Part shown: positions 29,800-44,399 of the stretch, one piece after another | Layout: every line of letters begins with the position of its first letter | How positions within the stretch are numbered: position 1 is the first letter of the stretch | DNA from: the human T2T-CHM13v2.0 reference genome, Homo sapiens | Reading direction: 5' to 3' (one strand) | Length of the DNA stretch: 64,000 nt | Assembly (NCBI RefSeq): GCF_009914755.1 | Contig: NC_060933.1 | Notes under the pieces: model-generated | Database searches by the model: none | What the model was told of the DNA's origin: nothing | The model's input: the letters and a program-made list of their open reading frames with translations, nothing else | Translations under genes and position numbers: made by a program

Positions 29800-31820
29800 T
29801 CGATTGCCATCGAGTTGATTCCATTCCATTCCATTCCATTCCATTCCATTCCATTCCATTCCTTTCCATTCCATTACGGATGACTCCATTCCATTGCATT
29901 CCATTCCATTCCATTCCCCTGTACTCGGGTTGATTCCATTCCATTCCATTCTACTCCATTCGGTTCCGTTGCATTCCATTCTATTGCATTCCATTCTATT
30001 CTGGTTAATTCCATTCCATTCTATTCCATTCCATTCCATTCCATTCCATTGCAATGGAGTTGATTCCATTCCATTCCATTCCATTCCGGATGATTCCATT
30101 CCATTGCATTCCATTCCATTCCATTGCCCTGCACTCGTGTTCATTCCATTCCGTTCCATTCCATTCCATTCCATTCTATTCCGGTTAATTCCATTCCATT
30201 CCATTCCATTCCATTCCATTCCATTCCATTGCAATCGAGTTGATTCCATTCCATTCCTTTCCATTCCATTCCATTGCCTTGCATTCCACTCGGGTTGATT
30301 CCATTCCCTTCTTTCCACTCCATTACATTCCCTTCCATTCCACTCGGAATGATTGATTCCATTCCATTCCATTCCATTTCATTCCATTGCAATCTATTCC
30401 AATCCATTCCATTCCATTCCATTCCACTCGAGTTGACTTCATTCCATTCCTTTCCATTCCATTCCATTCCTTTCCACTCGAGTTGATTCCATTCCATTCC
30501 AATCCATTGCATTCCATTCCATGCCATTCAACTCGGGTTGATTCCATTCCTTTGCATTCCATTCCGTTCCGTTCCATTCCATTCCATTCCTTTCCGTTCC
30601 ATTCCGTTCCGTTCCATTCCATTCCATTCCATTCTATTCGGGTTAATTCCATTCCATTCCATTCCATTGCAGTCGTGTTGATTCCATTCCATTCCATTCC
30701 ATTCCATTCCATTCCATTCCATTCCATTCCATTCCTTTCCATTCCATTACGGATGATTCCATTCCATTGCATTCCATTCCATTCCATTCCCCTGTACTCG
30801 GGTTGATTCCATTCCATTGCATTCTAATCCATGCCCTTCCACTCGTGTTGATTCCATTCTTTCCATTCCATTCAAGTTGAATCCATTCCATTGCATTCCA
30901 TTCCATTCGATTCCATTCGATTGCACTCGGGTTGATTCCATTCCATTGCATTCCATTCCATTCCATTCCATTCCATTCCATTCCATTCCGTTCCATTCCA
31001 TTCCATTACATTCGGATTGATTCTATTCAATTCCCTTACACTCCATTACATTCCATTCCATTCGGGTAGTTTTCATTCCATTCCATTCCATTCCTCTCCA
31101 TTCCATTGCACTCGGGTTGATTCCATTCCATTGCATTCAATTCCATTCCATTCAATTCCATTCCGTTCCATTCCATTCCATTACATTCGGATTGATTCTA
31201 TTCAACTCCCTTACTCTCCATTACATTCCATTCCATTCGATTTGTTCCATTCCATTCCATTCCATTCCACTCCATTCCATTGCACTCGGGTTTATTCCAT
31301 TCCATTCCATTCCATTCCATTCCATTCCATTCCGGAAGATTCCATTCCATTGCATTCCATTCCATTCCATTCCCCTGCACTCGCGTTGATTCCATTCCAT
31401 TCCATTCCATTCCATTCCATTCCATTACATTCCATTCCATTCCTTTCCGTTCCATTCCATTCCATTCCATTCCATTCCATTCCGTTCCGTTCCATTCCAT
31501 TCCATTCCATTCCATTCCATTCCATTCGGGTTAATTCCAGTCCATTCCATTCGATTGCAATCGAGTCGATTCCGTTCCATTCCATTCCATTCCATTCCAT
31601 TCCATTCCATTCCATTCCTTTCCATTCCATTACGGATGATTCCATTCCATTGCATTCCATTCCATTCCATTCCCCTGTACTCGGGTTCATTCCATTCCAT
31701 TCCATTCCAATCCATGCCATTCCACTCGTGTTGATTCCATTCTTTCCATTCCATTCAAGTTGAATCCATTCCATTGCATTCCATTCCATTCCATTCCCCT
31801 GCAGTCGGGTTGATTCCATT
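29800..31820 (+). repeat. Block of about 2 kb duplicated at about 42550-44580 (offset about 12.76 kb)
   Basis: Private variants ATGCCATTCAACTCGGG (about 30521/43286), ATTCTAATCCATGCCC (30821/43581), TTCGATTTGTTCC (about 31236/43996) and TCGAGTCGATTCCG (31561/44316). ORF pairs at 12755-12765. Confidence 0.9.
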
Positions 31821-31829
31821 CCATTCCAT

Positions 31830-32480
31830 TCCATTCCTCTCCATTCCATTGCACTCGGGTTGATTCCATTCCATTGCTTCCCATTCCATTCCATTCAATT
31901 CCATTCCGTTCCATTCCATTCCATTACATTCGGATTGATTCTATTCAACTCCCTTAGTCTCCATTACATTCCATTCCATTCGGGTTGTTCCATTCCATTC
32001 CATTCCATTCCATTCAATTCCATTCCATTCCGGAAGATTCCATTCCATTGCATTGCATTCCATTCCATTCCCCTGCACTAGCGTTGATTCCAATCCATTC
32101 CATTCCATTCCATTCCATTCCATTCCATTCCATTCCATTCCATTCCTTTCCATTCCATTCCATTCCATTCCATTCCATTCCATTCCATTCTGTTCCGTTC
32201 CGTTCCGTTCCATTCCATTCCATTCCATTCTATTCGGGTTAATTCCATTCCATTCCATTCGATTGCAGTCGAGTTGATTCCATTCCATTCCATTGCATTC
32301 CATTCCATTCCTTTCCATTCCATTACGGAAGATTCCATTCCATTGCATTCCATTCCATTCCATTCCCCTGTACTCGGGTTGATTCCATTCCATTCCATTC
32401 CAATCCATGCCATTCCACTCGTGTTGATTCCATTCTTTCCATTCCATTCAAGTTGAATCCATTCCATTGCATTCCATTCC
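31830..32480 (+). repeat. Block of about 0.63 kb with copies at about 46610-47250 and 50480-51130
   Basis: CCATTGCTTCCCATT, CCCTTAGTCT, CCTGCACTAGCGTTGATTCCAATCC and TTACGGAAGA occur in all three. The translated ORFs at 31860/46642/50510 are identical. Confidence 0.9.
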
Positions 32481-32499
32481 ATTCCATTCCCTTGCACTC

Positions 32500-35400
32500 G
32501 TGTTGATTCCATTCCCTTCCATTCCATTCCATTCCATTCTATTCCGATTAATTCCATTCCATTCCATTCCATTCCATTGAAATCGAGTTGATTCCATTCC
32601 ATTCCTTTCCATTCCATTGCATTGCATTCCACTCGGGTTGATTCCATTCCGTTCTTTCCACTCCATTACATTCCCTTCCATTCCACTCGGAATGATTGAT
32701 TCCATTCCATTCCATTCCATTTCATTCCATTGCAATCCATTCCAATCCATTCCATTCCATTCCATTCCACTCGAGTTGACTTCATTCCATTCTTTCCATT
32801 CCATTCCATTCCATTCCTTTCCACTCGAGTTGATTCCATTCCATTCCAATCCATTGCATTCCATTCCATGCCATTCCACTCGGGTTGATTCCATTCCTTT
32901 GCATTCCATTCCATTCCATTCCATTGCATTCCATTCCATTCCATTCCGTTGTATTCCATTCCATTACATTCGGATTGATTCTATTCAACTCCCTTACTCT
33001 CCATTACATTCCATTCCATTCGGGTTCTTCCATTCCATTCCATTCCATTCCACTCCATTCCATTGCACTCGGGTTGATTCCATTCCATTCCATTCCATTC
33101 CATTCCATTCCATTCCATTCCATTCCGGATGATTCCATTCCATTGCCTTCCATTCCATTACATTCCCCTGCACTCGGGTTGATACCATTCCATTCCATTC
33201 CATTCCATTCCATTCCATTCCGGATGATTCCATTCCATTGCATTCCATTCCATTCCATTCCCCTGCACTCGGGTTTATTACATTCCATTTCCTTCCCTTC
33301 CATTCCTTTCCATTCCATTCCATTCCATTCTATTCGGGTGAATTCCATTCCATTTCATTCCATTCCACTCCATTCCATTCCATTCCATTCCATTCCATTG
33401 GAATCGAGTTGATTCTATTCCATTCCATTCCATTCCATTCCATTGCAATGGAGTTGATTCCATTCCATTCCATTCCATTCCGGATGATTCCATTCCATTG
33501 CATTCCATTCCATTCCACTGCCCTGCACTCGTGTTCATTCCATTCCGTTCCATTCCATTCCATTCCATTTTATTCCGGTTAATTCCATTCCATTCCATTC
33601 CATTCCATTCCATTCCATTGCAATCGAGTTGATTCCATTCCATTCCTTTCCATTCCATTCCATTGCCTTGCATTCCACTCGGGTTGATTCCATTCCCTTC
33701 TTTCCACTCCATTTCATTCCCTTCCATTCCACTCGGAATGATTGATTCCATTCCATTCCATTCCATTTCATTCCATTGCAATCCATTCCAATCCATTCCA
33801 TTCCATTCCATTCCACTCGAGTTGACTTCATTCCATTCCTTTCCATTCCATTCCATTCCTTTCCACTCGAGTTGATTCCATTCCATTCCAATCCATTGCA
33901 TTCCATTCCATGCCATTCCACTCGGCTTGATTCCATTCCTTTGCATTCCATTCCATTCCATTCCATTCCATTCCATTACATTCCATTCCGTTCATTCCAT
34001 TCCATTACATTCGGATTGATTCTATTCAACTCCCTTACTCTCCATTACATTCCATTCCATTCAGGTTGTTCCATTCCATTCCATTCCATTCCACTCCATT
34101 CCATTGCACTCGGGTTGATTCCATTCCATTCCATTCCATTCCATTCCATTCCGGATGATTCCATTCCATTACATTCCGTTCCATTACATTCCCCTGCACT
34201 CGCGTTGATTCCATTCCATTCCATTCCATTCCATTCCATTCAATTCCATTCCATTACAATTCGTTCCATTCCATTCTATTCGGTAGCATTCCATTCCATT
34301 CCATACCATTCCATTCTATTCCATTCCGTTCCATTCCATTCCATTCCGTTCCATTCCGTTCCATTCCATTCCATTCCATTCTATTCGGGTTATTTCCATT
34401 CCATTCCATTCCATCCCATTCTATTACATTCCATTGCAATGGAGTTGAGTCCATTGCATTTCATTCCATTCCATTCCATTCCATTCCATTCCGGAAGATT
34501 CCATTCCATTGCATTCCATTCCATTCCATTCCCCTGCACTCACGTTGATTCCATTCCATTCCATTCCATTCCATTCCATTCCATTCCATTCCGTTCCGTT
34601 CCATTCCATTCCATTCCATTCCATTCTATTCCGTTCCGTTCCATTCCATTCCATTCCATTCTATTCGGGTTAATTCCATTCCATTCCATTCGATTGCAAT
34701 CGTGTTGATTCCATTCCATTCCATTCCATTCCATTCCATTCCATTCCATTCCTTTCCATTCCATTACTGATGATTCCATTCCATTGCATTCCAATCCATG
34801 CCCTTCCACTCGTGTTGATTCCATTCTTTCCATTCCATTCAAGTTGAATCCATTCCATTGCATTCCATTCCATTCGATTCCATTCGATTGCACTCGGGTT
34901 GATTCCATTCCATTGCATTCCATTCCATTCCATTCCATTCCATTCCATTCCATTCCATTACATTCGGAATGATTCTATTCAATTCCCTTACACTCCATTA
35001 CATTCCATTCCATTCGGGTAGTTTCCATTCCATTCCATTCCATTCCTCTCCATTCCATTGCACTCGGGTTGATTCCATTCCATTGCATTCAATTCCATTC
35101 CATTCAATTCCATTCCGTTCCATTCCATTCCATTACATTCGGATTGATTCTATTCAACTCCCTTACTCTCCATTACATTCCATTCCATTCGGGTTGTTCC
35201 ATTCCATTCCATTCCATTCCACTCCATTCCATTGCACTCGGGTTTAATCCATTCCATTCCATTCCATTCCATTCCATTCCATTCCATTCCATTCCGGAAG
35301 ATTCCATTCCATTGCATTCCATTCCATTCCATTCCCCTGCACTCGCGTTGATTCCATTCCATTCCATTCCATTCCATTCCATTCCATTCCATTCCATTCC

Positions 35401-38400
35401 ATTCCTTTCCGTTCCATTCCATTCCATTCCATTCCATTCCATTCCATTCCATTCCGTTCCGTTCCGTTCCATTCCATTCCATTCCATTCCATTCCATTCC
35501 ATTCGGGTTAATTCCAGTCCATTCCATTCGATTGCATTCGAGTTGATTCCATTCCATTCCATTCCATTCCATTCCATTCCATTCCTTTCCATTCCATTAC
35601 GGATGATTCCATTCCATTGCATTCCATTCCATTCCATTTCCCTGTACTCGGGTTCATTCCATTCCATTCCATTCCAATCCATGCCATTCCACTCGTGTTG
35701 ATTCCATTCTTTCCATTCCATTCAAGTTGAATCCATTCCTTTGCATTCCATTCCATTCCATTCCCCTGCAGTCGGGTTGATTCCATTCCATTCCATTCCA
35801 TTCCATTCCATTCCATTCCGTTCCGTTCCGTTCCATTCCATTCCATTCCTTTCCATTCTATTCGGGTTAATTCCATTCCATTCCATTCCATTCCATTACA
35901 TTCCAATCGAGTTGATTCCATTCCATTCCATTCCATTCCATTCCACTCCATTCCAGTCCTTTCCATTCCATTCCACTCGGGTTGATTCCAATGTATTCCT
36001 TTCCATTCCGTTCCATTCCATTGCAATCGAGTTGATTCCATTTCTTTGCATTCCATTCCATTCCATTCCATTCCATTCGGATTCATTCTATTCAATTCCC
36101 TTACACTCCATTACATTCCATTCCATTCGTGTAGTTTCCATTCCATTCCATTCCATTCCTCTCCATTCCATTGCACTCGGGTTGATTCCATTCCATTCCA
36201 TTCCATTCCATTCCATTCCATTCCATTCCATTCCATTCCGGATGATTCCATTCCATTGAATTCCATTGCATTCCATTCCCCTGCACTTGGGTTGATTCCA
36301 TTCCATTCCATTACATTCCTTTATTTTCCATTCCATTCCATTCCATTCCATTCTTTCGTGTTAATTCCATTCCATTCTATTCCATTCCATTCCATTGAAA
36401 TCGAGTTGATTCCATTCCATTCCATTCCATTCCATTCCATTCCATTCCATTCCGGATGATTCCATTCCTTTCCATTCCATTCCATTCCATTCCATTGTAC
36501 TCGGGTTGATTCCATTCCATTGCATTCCATTCCATTCCATTCCATTCCATTCCGTTGCATTCCATTCCATTACATTCGGATTGATTCTATTAAACTCCCT
36601 TACTCTCCATTACATTCCATTCCATTCGGGTTGTTCCATTCCATTCCATTCCATTCCACTCCATTCCATTGCACTCGTGTTGATTCCATTCCATTCCATT
36701 CCATTCCATTCCATTCCATTCCATTCCGGATGATTCCATTCCATTGCATTCCGTTCCATTACATTCCCCTGCACTCGCGTTGATTCCATTCCATTCCATT
36801 CAATTCCATTCCATTACAATTCGTTCCATTCCATTCTATTCCGTACCATTCCATTCCATTCCATACCATTCCATTCCATTCCATTCCATTCCATTCCTTT
36901 CCATTCCGTTCCATTGCATTCTATTCGGGTTAATTCCATTCCATTCCATTCCATTCCATTCTATTCCATTCCATTGCAATCGAGTTGAATCCATTGCATT
37001 CCATTCCATTCCATTCCATTCCATTCCATTCCGGAAGATTCCATTCCATGGCATTCCATTCCATTCCATTCCCCTGCACTCGCGTTGATTCCATTCCATT
37101 CCATTCCATTCCATTCCATTCCATTCCATTCTGTTCCGTTCCATTCCATTCCATTCCATTCCATTCCATTCCGTTCCGTTCCATTCCATTCCATTCCATT
37201 CTATTCGGGTTAATTCCATTCCATTCCATTCGATTGCAATCGTGTTGATTCCATTCCATTCCATTCCATTCCATTCCATTCCATTCCATTCCATTCCTTT
37301 CCATTCCATTACGGATGATTCCATTTCATTGCATTCCATTCCATTCCATTCCATTCCCCTGTACTCTGGTTGATTCCATTCCATTGCATTCCAATCCATG
37401 CCCTTCCACACGTGTTGATTCCATTCTTTCCATTCCATTCAAGTTGAATCCATTCCATTGCATTCCATTCCATTCGATTCCATTCGATTGCACTCGGGTT
37501 GATTCCATTCCATTGCATTCCATTCCTTTCCATTCCATTCCATTCCATTCCATTCCATTCCATTCCATTCTGTTCCATTCCATTCCATTACATTCGGATT
37601 GATTCTATTCAATTGCCTTACACTCCATTACATTCCATTCCATTCGGGTAGTTTCCATTCCATTCCATTCCATTCCTCTCCATTCCATTGCACTCGGGTT
37701 GATTCCATTCCATTGCATTCCATTCCATTCCATTCAATTCCATTCCATTCCATTCCATTCCATTACATTCGGATTGATTCTATTCAACTCCCTTACTCTC
37801 CATTCCATTCCATTCCATTTCATTCCATTCCATTCCATTCCATTCCACTCCATTCCATTGCACTCGGGTTTATTCAATTCCATTCCATTCCATTCCATTC
37901 CATTCCATTCCATTCCGGAAGATTCCATTCCATTGCATTCCATTCCATTCCATTCCCCTGCACTCGCGTTGATTCCATTCCATTCCATTCCATTCCATTC
38001 CATTCCATTCCATTCCTTTCCGTTCCATTCTATTCCATTCCATTCGATTGCAATCGAGTTGATTCCATTCCATTCCATTCCATTCCATTCCATTCCATTC
38101 CTTTCCATTCCATTACGGATGATTCCATTCCATTGCATTGCATTCCATTCCATTCCCCTGTACTCGGGTTGATTCCATTCCATTCCATTCCATTCCATTC
38201 TATTCCATTCCATTCCATTCCATTCCGGAAGTTTCCATTCCATTGCATTCCATTCCATTCGATTCCATTCGATTGCACTCGGGTTGATTCCATGGCATTG
38301 CATTCCATTCCATTCCATTCCATTCCATTCCATTCCTTTCCATTCCATTCCATTCCATTCCATTCGGATTCATTCTATTCAATTCCCTTACACTCCATTA

Positions 38401-40240
38401 CATTCCATTCCATTCGTGTAGTTTCCATTCCATTCCATGCCATTCCTCTCCATTCCATTGCACTCGGGTTGATTCCATTCCATTCCATTCCATTCCATTC
38501 CATTCCATTCCGGATGATTCCATTCCATTGAATTCCATTCCATTCCATTCCCCTGCACTTGTGTTGATTCCATTCCATTCCATTCCATTCCTTTCTGTTC
38601 CATTCCATTCCATTCCATTCCATTCCATTCTATTCGTGTTAATTCCGTTCCATTCTATTCCATTCCATTCCATTGAAATCGAGTTGATTCCATTCCATTC
38701 AATTCCATTCCATTCCATTCCATTCCATTCGGGATGATTCCATTCTATTGCATTCCATTCCATTCCATTCCCCTGCACTCGTGTTGATTCCATTACTTTC
38801 CATTCCATTACATTCCATTCCATTCCGTTCCATTTCATTCTATTCGGGTTAATTCCATTCCATTCCATTCCACTCCATTCCAGTCCTTTCCATTCCATTC
38901 CACTCGGGTTGATTCCATTCTATTCCTTTCAATTCCATTCCATTCCATTGCAATCGAGTGGATTCCATTCGAGTTGAATCCATTCCATTCCATTGCACAC
39001 GGGTTCATTCCATTCCATTCCATTCCATTCCATTCCATTCCATTCCATTCCATTTCATTCCATTCCATTCTATTCCGTACCATTCCATTCCATCCCATTC
39101 CATTCCGTTCCATTCCATGCCATTACACTCGGGTTGATTCCATTCCTTTCCATTCCATTCTTGTTGAATCCATTCCATTCCATTCCGTTCCATTCGAATC
39201 CATTCCATTGCACTCGGGTTGATTCCATTCCATTCCATTCCATTCCATTCCATTTCATTCCATTCCATTCCGTTACATTCGGATTGATTCTATTCAATTC
39301 CCTTACACTCCATTACATTCCATTCCATTCGGGATGTTTCCATTCCATTCCATTCCATTCCACTCCATTCCATTGCATCAGGTTGATTGCATTGCATTCC
39401 ATTCCATTCCATTCCGGATGATTCCATTCCATTGCATTCCATTCCATTCCATTCTATTGCAGTCGGGTTGATTCCATTCCATTCCATTCCATTCCATTCC
39501 ATTCCATTCCGTTCCATTCCATTCCATTTCATTCTATTCGGGTTAATTCCATTCCATTCCATTCAATTCCATTCCATTCCATTCCGTTCCATTCCATTCC
39601 ATTCCATTCTATTCGGGTTAATTCCATTCCATTCCATTCCATTCCATTCCATTCCATTCCATTCCATTCCATTCCATTGCAATCGAGTTGATTCCATTCC
39701 ATTCCATTCCATTCCATTCCATTCCACTCCATTCCAGTCCTTTCCATTCCATTACACTCAGGTTGATTCCATTCTATTCCTTTCCATTCCATTCCATTCC
39801 ATTGCAATCGAGTTGATTCCATTGCTTTGCATTCCATTCCATTCCATTTCATTCCGGATGATTCCATTCCATTGCATTCCATTCCATTCCATTCCCCTGC
39901 ACTCGGGTTGATTCCATTCCATTCCACTCCATTCCGTTCCATTCCATTCCATTCCATTGTATTCGGGTTAATTCCATTCCATTCCATTCCATTCCATTCC
40001 ATTCCATTACAATCGAGTTGATTCCATTCCATTCCATTCCATTCCATTCCATTCCATTCCAGTCCTTTCCATTCCATTCCACTCGGGTTGATTCCATTCT
40101 ATTAGTTTCCATTCCATTCCATTCCCTTCCATTCCACTCTGGTTGATTCCATTCCTTTCCATTCCACTCGAATACATTCCCTCCTATTCCACTCGGAACG
40201 ATTCCATTCCATTCCATTCCATTCCATTCCATTCCATTCC
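32500..40240 (+). repeat. Copy 2 of the duplication of about 7.7 kb (paralog of 21700-29430)
   Basis: Same diagnostics as copy 1, in the same order; for example ORF pairs 22421/33238, 25229/36046, 25927/36744 and 29019/39827. Confidence 0.93.
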
Positions 40241-43200
40241 ATTCCATTCCATTCCCCTGCACTCGCGTTGATTCCATTCCATTCCATTCCATTCCATTCC
40301 GTTCCGTTCCATTCCATTCCATTCCATTCCATTCCATTCCATTCTATTCGGGTTAATTCCATTCCATTCCATTCGATTGCCATCGAGTTGATTCCATTCC
40401 ATTCCATTCCATTCCATTCCATTCCATTCCTTTTCATTCCATTACGGATGACTCTATTCCATTGCATTCCATTCCATTCCATTCCCCTGTACTCGGGTTG
40501 ATTCCATTCCATTCCATTCTACTCCATTCGGTTCCGTTGCATTCCATTCTATTGCATTCCATTCTATTCGGGTTAATTCCATTCCATTCTATTCCATTCC
40601 ATTCCATTACATTCCATTGCAATGGAGTTGATTCCATTCCATTCCATTCCATTCCATTCCGGGTGATTCCATTCCATTGCATTGCATTCCATTCCATTCC
40701 CCTGCACTCGTGTTGATTCCATTCCCTTCCATTCCATTCCATTCCATTCCATTCTATTCCGATTAATTCCATTCCATTCCATTCCATTCCATTCCATTCC
40801 ATTCCATTCCATTGCAATCGAGTTGATTCCATTCCATTCCTTTCCATTCCATTGCCTTGCATTCCACTCGGGTTGATTCCATTCCCTTCTTTCCACTCCA
40901 TTACATTCCCTTCCATTCCACTCGGAATGATTGATTCCGTTCCATTCCATTCCATTTCATTCCATTGCAATCCATTCCAATCCATTCCATTCCATTCCAT
41001 TCCACTCGAGTTGACTTCATTCCATTCCTTTCCATTCCATTCCATTCCATTCCTTTCCACTCGAGTTGATTCCATTCCATTCCAATCCTTTGCATTCCAT
41101 TCCATGCCATTCCACTCGGGTTGATTCCATTCCTTTGCATTCCATTCCATTCCATTCCATTGCATTCCATTCCATTCCATTCCGTTGCATTCCATTCCAT
41201 TACATTCGGATTGATTCTATTCAACTCCCTTACTCTCCATTACATTCCATTCCATTCGGGTTGTTCCATTCCATTCCATTCCATTCCACTCTATTCCATT
41301 GCACTCGGGTTGATTCCATTCCATTCCATTCCATTCCATTCCATTCCGGATGATTCCATTCCATTGCATTCCGTTCCATTACATTCCCCTGCACTCGGGT
41401 TGATACCATTCCATTCGATTCCATTCCATTCCATTCCATTCCGGATGATTCCATTCCATTGCATTCCATTCCATTCCATTCCCCTGCACTCGGGTTGATT
41501 ACATGCCATTTCCTTCTCTTCCATTCCTTTCCATTCCATTCCATTCCATTCTATTCCGGTGAATTCCATTCCATTCCATTCCATTCCACTCCATTCCATT
41601 CCATTCCATTCCATTCCATTGGAATCGAGTTGATTCCATTCCATTCCATTCCATTCCATTCCGTTCCGGATGATTCCATTCCATTCCATTCCATTCCATT
41701 CCCCTGTAGTCGGTTTGATTCCATTCCATTCCATTCCATTCAATTCCAATCGAGTTGATTCCATTCCATTCCATTCCATTCCATTCCACTCCATTCCAGT
41801 CCTTTCCATTCCATTACACTCGGGTTGATTCCATTCTATTCCTTTCCACTCCTTTCCATTCCATTGCAATCGAGTTGATTCCATTGCTTTGCATTCCATT
41901 CCATTCCATTCCATTCCGGATGATTCCATTCCATTGCATTCCATTCCATTCCATTCCCCTGCACTCGGGTTGATTCCATTCCATTCCACTCCATTACGTT
42001 CCATTCCATTCCATTCCATTTCATTGGGGTTAATTCCATTCCATTCCATTCCATTCCATTCCATTCCATTACAATCGAGTTGATTCCATTCCATTTCATT
42101 CCATTCCATTTCATTCCATTCCAGTCCTTTCCATTCCATTCCACTCGGGTTGATTCCATTCTATTAGTTTCCATTCCATTCCATTACCTTCCATTCCACT
42201 CTGGTTGATTCCATTCCTTTCCATTCCACTCGAATTCATTCCCTCCTATTCCACTCGGAACGATTCCATTCCATTCCATTCCATTCCATTCCATTCCATT
42301 CCATTCCAGTTCCTTCCATTCCATTCTATTCCGTACCATTCCATTCCATTCCATTCCTTTACAATCCATTCCTTTCCACTCGTGTTGATTCCATTCCTTT
42401 CCATTCCATTCGGTTTGAAGGCATTCCATTCCATTCCATTCCATTCCATTCCATTCCATTCCGTTCCGTTCCATTCCATTCCATTCCATTCCATTCCATT
42501 CCGTTCCGTTCCATTCCATTCCATTCCATTCTATTCGGGTTAATTCCATTCCATTCCATTCGATTGCCATCGAGTTGATTCCATTCCATTCCATTCCATT
42601 CCATTCCATTCCATTCCTTTCCATTCCATTACGGATGACTCCATTCCATTGCATTCCATTCCATTCCATTCCCCTGTACTCGGGTTGATTCCATTCCATT
42701 CCATTCCAATCCATTCGGTTCCGTTGCATTCCATTCTATTGCATTCCATTCTATTCTGGTTAATTCCATTCCATTCTATTCCATTCCATTCCATTCCATT
42801 CCATTGCAATGGAGTTGATTCCATTCCATTCCATTCCATTCCGGATGATTCCATTCCATTGCATTCCATTCCATTCCATTGCCCTGCACTCGTGTTCATT
42901 CCATTCCGTTCCATTCCATTCCATTCCATTCTATTCCGGTTAATTCCATTCCATTCCATTCCATTCCATTCCATTCCATTCCATTCCATTCCATTGCAAT
43001 CGAGTTGATTCCATTCCATTCCTTTCCATTCCATTCCATTGCCTTGCATTCCACTCGGGTTGATTCCATTCCCTTCTTTCCACTCCATTACATTCCCTTC
43101 CATTCCACTCGGAATGATTGATTCCATTCCATTCCATTCCATTTCATTCCATTGCAATCTATTCCAATCCATTCCATTCCATTCCATTCCACTCGAGTTG

Positions 43201-44399
43201 ACTTCATTCCATTCCTTTCCATTCCATTCCATTCCTTTCCACTCGAGTTGATTCCATTCCATTCCAATCCATTGCATTCCATTCCATGCCATTCAACTCG
43301 GGTTGATTCCATTCCTTTGCATACCATTCCGTTCCGTTCCATTCCATTCCATTCCTTTCCGTTCCATTCCGTTCCGTTCCATTCCATTCCATTCCATTCT
43401 ATTCGGGTTAATTCCATTCCATTCCATTCGATTGCAATCGTGTTGATTCCATTCCATTCCATTCCATTCCATTCCATTCCATTCCATTCCATTCCTTTCC
43501 ATTCCATTACGGATGATTCCATTCCATTGCATTCCATTCCATTCCATTCCCCTGTACTCGGGTTGATTCCATTCCATTGCATTCTAATCCATGCCCTTCC
43601 ACTCGTGTTGATTCCATTCTTTCCATTCCATTCAAGTTGAATCCATTCCATTGCATTCCATTCCATTCAATTCCATTCGATTGCACTCGGGTTGATTCCA
43701 TTCCATTGCATTCCATTCCATTCCATTCCATTCCATTCCATTCCATTCCGTTCCATTCCATTCCATTACATTCGGATTGATTCTATTCAATTCCCTTACA
43801 CTCCATTACATTCCATTCCATTCGGGTAGTTTTCATTCCATTCCATTCCATTCCTCTCCATTCCATTGCACTCGGGTTGATTCCATTCCATTGCATTCAA
43901 TTCCATTCCATTCAATTCCATTCCGTTCCATTCCATTCCATTACATTCGGATTGATTCTATTCAACTCCCTTACTCTCCATTACATTCCATTCCATTCGA
44001 TTTGTTCCATTCCATTCCATTCCATTCCACTCCATTCCATTGCACTCGGGTTTATTCCATTCCATTCCATTCCATTCCATTCCATTCCATTCCGGAAGAT
44101 TCCATTCCATTGCATTCCATTCCATTCCATTCCCCTGCACTCGCGTTGATTCCATTCCATTCCATTCCATTCCATTCCATTCCATTCCATTCCATTCCTT
44201 TCCGTTCCATTCCATTCCATTCCATTCCATTCCATTCCGTTCCGTTCCATTCCATTCCATTCCATTCCATTCCATTCCATTCGGGTTAATTCCAGTCCAT
44301 TCCATTCGATTGCAATCGAGTCGATTCCGTTCCATTCCATTCCATTCCATTCCATTCCATTCCATTCCATTCCTTTCCATTCCATTACGGATGATTCCA

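Noticed and set aside
21700-40240. Large duplications as assembly artefacts
   Set aside because: The copies differ by multiple SNVs, CpG transitions, pentamer indels and a private 235-bp duplication, as expected for real paralogs. Read-level confirmation is still desirable.
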